DNA from: Carcharhinus longimanus
Taxonomy: Eukaryota
DNA length: 64,000 bases
Assembly (NCBI GenBank): GCA_030264375.1
Contig: JASCQW010000139.1
Span: forward strand, 15,351,740-15,415,739
Direction of reading: 5' to 3'
The position numbers were made by a program, and so were the translations under genes. The notes under the pieces are model-generated. The model ran no database searches, was not told where the DNA came from, and saw only the letters and a program-made list of their open reading frames with translations. Below are positions 14,507-25,586 of this stretch, in pieces (position 1 is the first letter of the stretch; each line of letters begins with the position of its first letter).

Positions 14507-15421
14507 GACAATAACACAGCTCATCATAAAAGGGAGACATAGACAAGAGGAGATGCAAAATGGGTGTAATTCTATTTACACTTTATATACGTGTTGAAAA
14601 CTACTGTGTCACAGATGTGCTCCTTAATCTTTTGAACCTTCCTAATCCTATGTCTTGGTGCTTCCCCAACATCCACAGAGGAGATGGAGGCAGCCTCCTT
14701 TACTGCTGTTCACTTATTCAATTTGGCAGAAAGAGGAAAAATGCAGAGCATTATTTAAGTGGAGAACAACTGCAGAAAACTAAAACGAAGAAAATGTGGT
14801 TGTGTCATGCCCCATTATATTACAGACTTCAAACTAATCTTTATATTTTAATTATATTAAAATCTTTATATTTTTAAACTATCACAAAAGACTACAAAAA
14901 GATGACCACCTGTAGGTTACCTGGATCTTGTGGAATAAAAACACTCCCCTGTTTCAAGAGGGAACAGAAAGAACATTCCGGACTAATGTTGGAACAGTGC
15001 TTTTTCCTGATACTAATCCAAAAAACGTATTAACAAATTAAGTAGGCCATTCAAACACAAAGACATCAGCAGCCTCAAACTCTCAAGGTGTGAAACCCAC
15101 AACACAAGGTGTACAATCAAAGTACCCAATTTGGTAAAGGACTTTGAGCTTGTTACAAAGTCTAATGATGCGATAGACACATTCACTGTTGCTTTTAAAA
15201 CCAACAAGAAGCTGCTAGGTGACAGGCAGTTCCATCAAACTAGCTTCAAGTCAGCAAAGAGCTTAACATAATATCTTGAAAGTGCCAGATCCAACTCGAG
15301 AGAAGGATTCCCAACCTGTTCCGGTTGAAGTTCAGCTGACAGGCAGCCTCTTAGAAATTCAACTATTAAAAAAAACCTCAGCCCGAGAATACCTTGCTTT
15401 ACAAGACCTCCACTTCAATAA

Positions 15422-16057
15422 ACATGCAGGTGCAGCAGGCAGTAAAGGCAGCAAATGACACGTTGGCCTTCATTGTGAGAGGTTTCGAGAACAGCAGCAG
15501 GGATGCGTTGTTGCAATTATACAGGGCCTTGGTGAGGCCACACTTAGAGTATTGTGTGCAGTTTTTTGAAGAAGGATGTTCTTGCTCTTGAGGAAGTGCA
15601 GCAAAGGTTTACCAAGCTGATTCCGGGGATGGCGCGACCAACGCATGAGGAGAGATTGATTAGATTAGGATTGTTTTTGCTGGAGTTCAGACGAATGAGG
15701 GGGGATCTCATAGAGATTTATAAAATTCTAACAGGACTAGACAGGGTAGATGCAGGGAGGATATTCCCAATAATGGGGGAGTTCAAAACCAGGGGTCATA
15801 GTTTGAGGATTCAGGGTGGACCGTTTAAGACAGATGAGGAGACATTTCTTCATCCAAAGTGTGGTGAACCTGTGGAAGTAATTGATGCCAAAAAAAAGTA
15901 TTCAAGAGGTGGCTGGATATAGCACTTGGAGTGAATGGGATCAATGGTTATGGGGAAAAGCAGGATCAGGCTATTAAATTGGATTAGGCTGCGATCAGCC
16001 ATGTTCGTAATGAATGGCAGAGCAGGCTCAAGAGGCTGAATGGCCTCCTCCTGCTCT
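15422..16057 (+). mobile_element. CR1-type LINE 3' fragment
   Basis: LYRALVRPHLEYCVQF and QRFTKLIPGM...RRMRGDLIEIYKI motifs; 3' tail gatcagccatg...gaatggcctcctcctgctc. Confidence 0.9.
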
Positions 16058-17027
16058 TGAAAAAAGATTAGAAAGCACCAACTACATCTAAAAAACCTGT
16101 CATGAAAGAGATTGAGGGTCTTTTATCTTCAACTATTTCTAAACTGTGTGGGTGTGTTGGTAAGTGAAATGTTGCATTAAATTGTGTGTTAATAAATAAG
16201 CTTTATTTTTAATTCACAAAAGGCTTGCTGCTGGAATAATTTAATTGAGGCCCACACTTCAAAGGTGGGAAAACATATATGTCTTACATACAAACATTGA
16301 CCATTGGCAGTAAAAAGGAACACATGAGATCTATTCATGATAGTGGATGTGAGAAGAGGTGACAGGCTCAGGTTTCCAAAGTCAGAAGAAGGCCCAGCTC
16401 ACACTTCCTAAACTCAACATGAAAATTTAGCCCAGCATCTCTGAAAAGTTCTAATATTTCTTGACTTGGGTTGGGTTGAAGGGAGATTTTTTTTGTGCCT
16501 GTCTCTATTGCATTCAGTTACCATCAGAATCTCCAAAATTCTCTGGCCCAATGTAGTTCAGGATCAGTCACTTGTTCCCACCTTCAGCAGACATCCCTCC
16601 AATTGTGTACTCAAGCACAGTTACCTCAAGCAAGGCAAAGTGCTAGAAAATCACAGGACAGTGGAGTGGATGGGTGTGCAAAAACCCGATGAACAGCTTC
16701 TGCCCTCTTTTGCTCTTTACTGCACTTGGGGAAAGAGGAAACACCTAAACATCAAGCAGAAGGAATTCTATCATATTATCTTTATGGTACATCATCTGGT
16801 CTTCCTCCAGTGGTCTAATTTTAAACCTTTGGAAAAATGTTTTGATGCTATAGAATATCAAAATAAATTGTACGCTTCCTATTAAAGATTACTCAAGTAA
16901 GTTTCAAGAACTTCAGCTGCAAGTTTGAAAGAAATATGAATCCAATACATTCATTAAAGGAAGGTTGCACTTAAAAAGACTCCAAAAATACTGTTGCAGA
17001 AAGAGACAATATTATGCTAAATCTTGC

Positions 17028-17238
17028 CTGTTGTGCCGCCATTGCCTCCACTCCGCAGGACTGTGACTGTCACATGTATCAACTGTCTTGTCAAGGGGCT
17101 GGATACACTGATATTGGTGCATGGTAATCCCAGCTGAAGAAGGCTATGATTCACAGTACTTAGTGAGTAAACAATGTTGGGTACTGAGTATAATTGGATA
17201 GGCTGACTCACCACAATTGCAGGGGATTGAGATCGGAT
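17028..17238 (-). CDS. NUP210L: NUP210L coding exon 15 of 18 (211 nt, phase 0 to 1; non-canonical GC donor)
   Basis: tag|ATC...CAG|gcaaga; IRSQSPAIVVSQPIQLYSVPNIVYSLSTVNHSLLQLGLPCTNISVSSPLTRQLIHVTVTVLRSGGNGGTT(G). The phase fits the next exon with the GC donor. Confidence 0.85.
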
Positions 17239-18204
17239 CTAGGATTGAATTAAATAAGGTAATATAAATGCTTTAATACGTTAAAAAAAACTCAATCTCA
17301 AATAAAACTCATCAGGAGGTCTTGTAAAATATTATCTAATTAGACTTCATTCATCCTTGATTTGTGCAATGTTCGCTAATCTCATAACATATGAGGCAAT
17401 ACAACTTACTTCAGCGTCACAAGGTAGGGACAGGAAAACGGTAGAGTTTGTGCTTCTGAGCGCTATACAGCGATTCTTGCTTTGATACCGTGTGCATGTG
17501 ACTATCAGATGAAGACAGCTTTAAACACGGTGTGAGCTTGTTAACATTGACACATGAAAAAGATGTCCATTTGTGTTAGGTTTTGAACAGTGAACAGTGC
17601 TTGTAAAGCTATGCCCCAACAAAGACTAATTGCTTTTGCAAAACAAGGCAAGGAGACAAGAGGACAAGGATAACTTACTTAAATATTGCACATTTAATAT
17701 AACACAAATTTAGACAAATATCTTTAAAAATAAGCAGGTGTATTCCAAAATCTTGTCAGTTCCACTTTGGGTATAATTTGTTCTCAATGCACAAAGATTC
17801 TGAAAATTCCTCAGGATTTTAATTTCATAAATTCCTAATAATACTACACTTTGAAACAATTACCTAGCTACAATAATGTTTAATGTGGAAAATAGTTGCA
17901 TGCAATTTAACACACATCTCATGGACTGGGGATTTATTTGGAACTGTTTTCATTCCGTTGCCAGAACCTCACCATAAATATGGCAGAAGTGCTGTTATAT
18001 TTGTAAATCTCTGCCATATTTCTTGCAAGTTGCAGTGATAGAGCAGATGCAGCAGACACTGAGCAAATTCATGGTCATGGGTGGTGATCTTATAAATCAG
18101 ATATATTTAGTATTGCATCTGAAAGCTTGCAATATCCAAAACCAACGCTCTGTTTAGGAAACCTTTTGCAGTCTGAAAGTTCAACCCAAGTGTGTGGATA
18201 GCCT

Positions 18205-18316
18205 ATCTGGATAGGCTGAGCGAGTGGGCAAGGACCTGACAGATGGAGTATAATGTTAGCAAGTGTGAGGTTATCCACTTTGGCAGAAATAATAGTAGGA
18301 GGGATTATTATTTAAA
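18205..18316 (+). mobile_element. CR1 RT fragment next to a gap
   Basis: QMEYNVSKCEVIHFGRNN motif. Confidence 0.7.
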
Positions 18317-18834
18317 NNNNNNNNNNNNNNNNNNNNNNNNNNNNNNNNNNNNNNNNNNNNNNNNNNNNNNNNNNNNNNNNNNNNNNNNNNNNNNNNNNNN
18401 NNNNNNNNNNNNNNNNCAAATGACCAGCAACAATGCCACAAGCACAGTACTGGAAAGCTGGCCAGGGTTGGCCAAGAATGTGATGTAGCCTCTCAGAAAC
18501 TGGGTGGAATCTGGTTATGCCAGTTCCTAGCCCAGGATGTGAATAGCCTGAGAGAGGTAAAACTGCTGAACATGGGTCGAAATTTTCACATTGGAGTTGG
18601 AAACATGCTTTTGGATTTTAAACACTTCTCTGAAGGCACTGTAAATGTTTTTCTTGTTCAGTTCTCCATCGAACGGCAGGTCCAACTCAAAGCACTTCAA
18701 TTTCCGTTATGATTACGGTAAGGAGGTAGATCCCAAATCCACTCTCCACTGAAAGGAATTGGAACTGTTGTGCCAACATGCAGTTTTACATGTGTGGTGT
18801 AGTCTGGAGTCATGGGTAAATGTTGTCTATAGAT

Positions 18835-18985
18835 ATAGCTTTTGGGCTAAGGAGGATGGGGATGGGGTGGAGAGGTGGTGGAATCAGGATATTGAATTTG
18901 ATGATCAGCCATGATCAAAATGAATGGTGAAGCGGGCTCAAAGGGCCAAATGGCCCACTCCTCCTTCTAGTTTCTATGTTTCTGT
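18835..18985 (+). mobile_element. CR1 3' tail
   Basis: gatcagccatgatcaaaatgaatggtgaagcgggctcaaagggccaaatggccc...tttctatgtttct. Confidence 0.75.
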
Positions 18986-19421
18986 ATTGGTGGCAGAGGT
19001 TCCAACCTTAATTTCATCTCATGGCTGTCCAAGAATCTTTCCCGTTTTTACTGCCTGTCATTGCCACATATTGTAGGATTTACAAGTTGATATTCAACGT
19101 GTTTGGCTGCACTCTGAATGCAGCTTACTTGGCCATCAAATCCTGGAGTGGGTCTTGCTGGCTTGGAGGCAGGAACACTACCGATGGCACCACAAGGCCC
19201 CCACTACAGTAAATAATACAGCATTGTAAATGCGCAGTATAATCAGGAAGCTGGTGAAGGTCCTGAAACATGGCATACGATCTCTTGGAAGGACTACTGT
19301 ACACTTGGTTATGGTGTGATATATTTGCACAATAATTTACACAATCAATGGGCAAGCTGCTGGACAGTTCATTTATCCCAGTTGTGACTGTCTTCATTCA
19401 TACCAGATTTGCCAATTATTT

Positions 19422-19695
19422 ATCTGATTTAATTTACTATTGTCACATGTATTGGGATACAGTGAAAACTATTGTCTCTTGCGGACTGAACAGACAAAAC
19501 ATAGCGTTCATGGAGTACATAGGGGAGAGGGAGAGAAAAGGGTTCATAATATAGTATAGCAGTCACAGATAGGGTGCAGAGAAAGATCAGCATAATGCAA
19601 GGTAGGTCCATTCAAAGGTCTGATGGCAGCAGGGAAGAAGCTGTTCTTGAGTCGGTTGGTATGTGATCTCAGAATTTGATATACTTTTCCCAACT
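19422..19695 (-). mobile_element. Rex/Babar LINE 3' tail
   Basis: Homologous to the copies at 12233 and 14140. Confidence 0.75.
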
Positions 19696-19974
19696 GATTC
19701 ATATTCTATTTCCCAATTTCCAGCTTCTGCAACTTCCCATTAAATGCCACAGCTTGATTCAATCTTGCATCATCCACATCGGGGTCCCTGGAGATGTGGT
19801 GCAGATTATCATGACTAGCCGTGCAGCAATTCATTTGATCTGTTCCTAACTTAGACAAAGTGCTTCTTTCGTTTGTCTGATTTCAGTTTCGTTGTGTCAA
19901 ACAGTTGGCAGCTGAGATGAATTGGATATTAGTTCATTATTGCAAATTAGGAATTGTAATTAAAATCCAAATTT

Positions 19975-20760
19975 GGCCCTAAGCATGCCAGTGAGCCCAG
20001 CTGTAGAGCGCTGGGGCACCGTTTTGAAGGGCAACCTAATCTCAGTGCACTGCCAGACCACCCCCCCTCCCCCCTCGCTCCCCACATGGACACCGGGACC
20101 TTCCCCTCCTCACCAGCAGCATGTTCTCCACACGGCTGTCAGCATTGGGGCCCTCCTGAGAGGTCCCCCATCATGACACCCCCATCATGACCCCTAACAT
20201 GATCCAGCCCCTCTCACATCCCTCCCACATGGCCCCCTGGGAGATACCACGTTGCATCTGCTCATCACACACCACCACCGCGCCCCCCACCACCGCACAG
20301 CACCTCCATCATGGTCCCCACCCATCAGCACTGCCCCTCGCACAATGCCATGCCTAACTGACACACTGGACAACCCAGCTGTGCCATTTGTGCACTGCCA
20401 GTGTGCCAGGTGGGCACTACCTGATGGGCACAGCCCAGCCATACCTCTGACCACCCTAGGGCTTCAATGGACACCCTCCCCCACCCCAGCATGACCACTG
20501 TGCCAAGTCTCCATGAGTAGAGACCAATAGTGAGTGATTCATGGCCATGTGAAGTCCCGCCAGAGAGGTGGGAACATGCTGGGAGGAGGGAGGGGTGAAT
20601 GCCGGACTCGCTAATGAGATTGAAATCCAGTCAATCCCATGCAAATCGGCCTCACGCCCTTTCTGGGAGCAAACCAGTTGGCACGAGAGGGATCGGGAGA
20701 ATCACAAACCGTTTGAACATAGGTGTAAATCCAATTTTTAGGTCCGATTTTGATCTCCAG
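19975..20760. mobile_element. GC-rich transposon-derived repeat, similar in style to 1-543
   Basis: C-rich body with tgcactgccag/gggcact motifs and a short tandem cccccatcatgaca. Confidence 0.45.
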
Positions 20761-20997
20761 GATCAGTGTGATTTGCTCCCAGCACAGCCAGTTAAGAGAA
20801 TCATCCTCTCTGTTTTTCCATTTCAACTATACACTCCAATCGGTCCAATTTTTCCTTGGTCATCAGCCCAAACCCATCACAGGCACCGAGGAAACGACCC
20901 CAAGAAGTTCTCCTTCCTATGGGCTTTCCACATTACCAAACACACTTTAGCAACATAACTAAACAGATTAATTTCATTGAACAGAAAATATTCTCAC

Positions 20998-21122
20998 CTG
21001 CATTCACTCCAATAATAAAACGGCCCACAATTAGCATTTCGAAGGAGCCAGCAACTTTACTGAGGGACATCATCAAAGCAGCAACGATTGCAAATCCATT
21101 ATTAGCGAGAAGTGTACCTTTC
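20998..21122 (-). pseudogene. Isolated class II GLUT (SLC2A9/GLUT9-like) exon with intact splice sites inside a NUP210L intron
   Basis: Pyrimidine tract gattttgtgtttttctgctcccag|G...G|gtgaga; 125 nt, phase 2 to 1; (R)[41 protein letters not shown](G), the sugar-porter TM3-TM4 region with the GRF motif. Confidence 0.85.
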
Positions 21123-21375
21123 CTGGGAGCAGAAAAACACAAAATCAACTAAATAAATTGCCTTCAGAAAATGTTGCAGATAGAATACTACAGCTTTTAA
21201 TCTTATACACTTCATATCCAGGTAATGGAGCAAATCAAAGGGTAAAAAGTAAAAACTGAGCGAATGCATTTAATTTCCTGAATTGAAACCTCTGAAATTC
21301 TTTTGTACAACAGGAGAACAAATATTCTGATTAGAGGGTACAATCCATCAATAAAGTTCACTGAAAATGGGCACA

Positions 21376-21662
21376 GGGCAGAATGGTGGCACTATGCTTA
21401 GCATTGCTGCCTCACAGTGCCAAGGACCCAGGTTCAATTCTGGCCTTGGGTTACTGTCTGTGTGGAGTTTGCACATTCTCCCTGCGTCTGTGTGGGTTTC
21501 TTCCAGGTGCTCCAGTTTCCTCCCATAGTCCAAAGACTTGCAGGTTGGTTGGATTGGCCAAGTTAAATTCTCCCTCAGTGTACCCAAACAGGCGCCAGAG
21601 TGTGGTGACTAGCTGATTTTAACGTAAGCGCATTTGTGACACTAATAAATAGAGTAAACTTA
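21376..21662 (+). mobile_element. HE1/V-SINE-type SINE (alternative tail); a second tail fragment lies at 21769-21830
   Basis: tRNA-like head, V-domain, tail gtgtacccaaacaggcgccagagtgtgg...tgtgacactaataaa. Confidence 0.85.
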
Positions 21663-22068
21663 AGTAAAAAATTCAATGACAGGAAATTAATCAGGGAAAT
21701 TTCTCTTAATAATAAATTTTCATAATGCTTTGTTACTTTTTGTGTTACCACATTTGGTACATGTTTTGAGGATTTTCACAGTAACTTCATTGCAGTGTTA
21801 ATGTAAGCCTGTTTGTGACATAAATAATTTTTAAAACATTATAAGTGAGGTTCTGCACAATTGAATTGAAGAGCTGTAGAACTGCTAAAATGTATCCTCC
21901 ACTTGGGCCTGGAGCTGTCAATCTCTGCCACAGACATCCCGTGTACCAGCCCCTGATGTTATTACAATCCCCAGAGGGAGCAGTAAACCAAATGAACCAA
22001 ATTTACCAAATGAAGCCCAAATTAATCCTTTTATAACATGGTTATTGCTGAAAAGAGATACATACTGC

Positions 22069-22285
22069 TGAACCGACTCAAGAACAGCTTCTTTCCTGCT
22101 GCCAGACTTTTGAATGGACCTACCTCACATTAAGTTGATCTTCCTCTACACTCTAGCTATGGTGTAACACTACATTCTATATTCTCTCCTTTCCTTCTTG
22201 ATGTACTGTATGCTTTGCCTGTGGAGCATGCAAGAAACAATACTTTTCACTGTATGCTAATACATATGACAAAAAAAAGTCAAAA
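22069..22285 (+). mobile_element. Rex/Babar LINE 3' tail
   Basis: aaccgactcaagaacagcttct...tacttttcactgtatgctaatacatatgacaa; reverse complement of the 12233 copy. Confidence 0.75.
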
Positions 22286-22319
22286 AAAGAACTTTTCAAG
22301 TAACTTTTCAAGCAGGCAG

Positions 22320-22424
22320 GTAAGTGGAACTGATCCACTTCAGATCAGCCATGATCTTACTGAATGGCGGGGCAGGCTTGAAGGGCTAGATGGCCTACTC
22401 CTGCTCCTATTTCTTATGTTCTTA
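22320..22424 (+). mobile_element. CR1 3' tail abutting a NUP210L splice donor
   Basis: gatcagccatgatcttactgaatggcggggcaggcttgaagggctagatggcctactcctgctcctatttcttatgttctta. Confidence 0.85.
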
Positions 22425-22425
22425 C

Positions 22426-22679
22426 CTCCAGTTCATTCAATACTTTAGCTGTACCAAAAATCGTGATGTTAACTGTTGGATCTTTGTAACTAAGAGTCAC
22501 AGATGATTGGTTCATATAAATTCCTGGAATGAAAGGAATCTCTGTTCTTCCAACTTGTCCTGCGTAATGGCCTCCCAGAACAGAAGCCTTTATAGATAGA
22601 TAGGTGTCTCCACCTGTACTTAACTCCCTACGCACAGAGTCTGGCATTTCTTTTATAGTGACAGTACAGCTGTATTGAC
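22426..22679 (-). CDS. NUP210L: NUP210L coding exon 14 of 18 (254 nt, phase 1 to 0)
   Basis: cag|GT...GAG|gtaaga; QYSCTVTIKEMPDSVRRELSTGGDTYLSIKASVLGGHYAGQVGRTEIPFIPGIYMNQSSVTLSYKDPTVNITIFGTAKVLNELE. Confidence 0.92.
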
Positions 22680-23992
22680 CTGAAAATTGAAAAAATTACT
22701 TCGTAAGCTTGACAGCAAAGTAAAAGACACTTGTTATTGAAAACTATGGCTACTGATTTCTTTTGACATGCTTGACTTTAATTATTTGTAAAAAATTCTA
22801 TATGTTTGTGAAATCTTTACCTTTTTTAACAGTGTCAAATATATTACATGTTTTTAAATTTAAAGGTTGTGGACTGTGCTTGAATAGCCTAATGGACCCT
22901 GGAATACCCACATTCCTCTACACTGAAGACAAAAAGGAATAATAGGTCCATCACAGTAATACCAAACTGAAAAGTGATGTTAGCTAGCTGCTACCTTTGC
23001 TCACTGATATTTATCACTCCCACTAAGCAGTCACAGCATCATCCATGCTGATACTTTAGAAAATAATGTCTTCTCCATGAAGTAATAGCTGAGTTGTGTC
23101 TGTTGCCAGGCAGTTGTGGACAGAACTCACAAGGAACAGCTGCAGCTGATAAAATCTGAGGCCACTCTCAAACCAGTCTTGCTGTCCCTTTTGACAACAA
23201 ACTCATCTCAGTTGCTGGTTGATATATACCTCACAGTGTGCTACTCTTTTGCATAAACATTCCACCATCTTGCTTCAAAGTATTTTGAACATATTCTCTC
23301 AATAAAAAAAAAATGAAAACAAACCTGACCAGCTTCCCATTGCCTTTACTGGGATTCTGTTGGGATTATGGGAAAAGGGCTAGTCATAGCTGCTGATCTG
23401 TGGTCCCCATAAATAAAGAAGAAATACCTTTTGTTGCATAAACCAGGAGGTTCATTTCTAGTTCACCCCATCTCTGTTACAGAAGCTGAAGATTATCTTC
23501 TATATGTTTGCTATGAGGCTGCCTTTGAGACATTTTGTTGAATTGATTCTGGCCAGAATTATCAGGCCCAGCTGTGGTGGGACATGCCTCAGGAGATCTG
23601 GTGGCCCAAGCAAAACTCCACTGATTTTTGGTGGAACCGAATGATCTTGGCAGCGGACAGGGTGGAAAGATCACACCTTATGACCAAAACTGGTACAAAG
23701 TTATTCAGTTTTGCATTTGTATCCATCATCATTATTTTCTGGTAACAATATTGGAGTAATTTGGTCCACATCCAATATACGGCATGGGTTCGCACTGACA
23801 ATTCCAGGATCCATAGCTATGTAAAAAAATCATGTAATCGGCCTTTTAATGTACAGGTATTAACTTGTGTATAAATAAGTCACACTTAGTTTATGGGCTG
23901 TCATGGTTTATTATGGAAGAAAATAATTAGACATATTTTGAGACATTGCCAGCATGAAACCTCATTCTGGAAGAGCAATGTTAATTATTTAC

Positions 23993-24139
23993 CTGTATCA
24001 GCCAAGAATTCAGGTTCCACAGAGAAAACGGAGGTAGCTAGGGACTGTAATACAATATTGCTAAACCGCACAGAACAGGCGAGGTTTGATTCCGGTTTTA
24101 GCTTTGACATAGCTTTCACTTGAGCAAAACTGCAGTCTC
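23993..24139 (-). CDS. NUP210L: NUP210L coding exon 13 of 18 (147 nt, phase 1 to 1)
   Basis: cag|GA...G|gtaaat; DCSFAQVKAMSKLKPESNLACSVRFSNIVLQSLATSVFSVEPEFLADT(G). Confidence 0.91.
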
Positions 24140-24184
24140 CTGAATGAATACAAAATAAACCAATGTCACACTGTTCAGAACAGT

Positions 24185-25230
24185 GGACTTCATGGATACA
24201 TTATTTTCACACTATTGTGGAAAATGTAAGCTTGTAGTGTAGGGGTAACACATTGGCATGGATAGAAAATTGGCTAGCTAACAGAGGGTAGGCATAAATG
24301 GGTCATCTTCTGGTTGACAGGATGTGATGAGTGGTGTGCCATAGGGATCAGTGCTGGGATCTCAACTATGACAATTTACATAAATGATTTGGATAAAGGT
24401 AATGATGATATGGTTGCTAAATTTGCTGATGATACAAAGAAAAGTAGGAACATAAGTTGTGAAGAGAACAAATGGAGGCTACAAAAGGATATAATTAGAA
24501 CAGGCAAATAAGCAAAAATCTGGCAAACGGAATATAATGTGGAAAAACTTGAGGTTGACAATTTTGGCAGGACAAATAAAAAGCAAGTACTTCATTTAAA
24601 TGATGAGAGATGTAGTGGGGTCTGGATGCCCGAGTGCATGAATCGCATAATCACAGTTAGTATTTCGGTGCAGCAAGTAATTAGCAAAACTAATAGAACA
24701 TTATAGTTTATTGCAAGAGGAATTGAATACATCAGTGGGGAGGTTATGCTTCAGTTATACAACGTATTGGTGAGACCACATCCAGAGTATTTGTACAGCA
24801 TTGGTCTTCTTATTTAAAGGAACTTCTTATTTAAAGTAACTACACTGGAATCAATTCAGGAAAGGCTCATTCGATTAATACCCGAAATGGGCTGATTGTC
24901 TTATGAGGTTGGATAGGCTAAGCTTATGTTCTCCACAGCAGGCTAAGAGGTTGATTGAAATATGTAAGATCCTGAAGGGACTTGGCAGGGTGGATGTGCA
25001 GAGAATCTAAAACTAGGGGCCATCTATTTGAGACAGACTTTTATTTTCTCTCAGAGTGCTGTGAGACTTTGGAATTCTCTTCCTCAAAAGATGATAGAGG
25101 TAGAGTTTTTGACTACCTTTAAGGCAGCAGTCGATTTATTCTTGATAAGTAAGGGGTAAAAGGTTATCGGGATGGAATGTGAAGTTTAAAATTAGATCAA
25201 TAGAGACTCCTGCTCGAATTTGTATGTAAA
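24185..25230 (+). mobile_element. CR1 LINE, decayed RT region to 3' end
   Basis: IYINDLDKG...AKFADDTK and LVRPHPEY motifs with frameshifts. Confidence 0.85.
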
Positions 25231-25257
25231 CACTCCTGTTGGGAATGCCTGCTGATT

Positions 25258-25586
25258 TCCTTTTATTCACCCATGGGATGTGGTTATGGTTGGTCAGCAT
25301 GCATTTATTCCTATTGAACTAAGTCATTTCGGAGCGCATGTAAAAGTCAACCACATTGCTGTAAATCTAGAGTCACTTGTAAGCCAGACCAGGTAAGGAC
25401 AATGAAACAGCTTGTTTTTTATTACAACTGACAATGATTTCATGGTCATCATTAGACTTTTAATTCCAGATTTTTAGTGGATTCAAATTTCACCATCTGT
25501 CATGACTAGATTCAAACCTGAGTCCCCAGAGCATGAACCTGGGTCTTTGGATTACTAGTCCATGACAACATCACTTCACACCACCT
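25258..25586 (-). mobile_element. tRNA-derived SINE (SacSINE1/Deu-SINE-like)
   Basis: Minus strand reads ggtggtgtgaagtg...ggactagtaatccaaagacccagg...ggtttgaatc, followed by a core and a LINE-like tail. Confidence 0.6.

Noticed and set aside
20860-20940. Possible next SLC2A exon downstream of the GLUT-like exon
   Set aside because: No recognisable PMYLxEISP motif or matching splice frame here or elsewhere in the intron.
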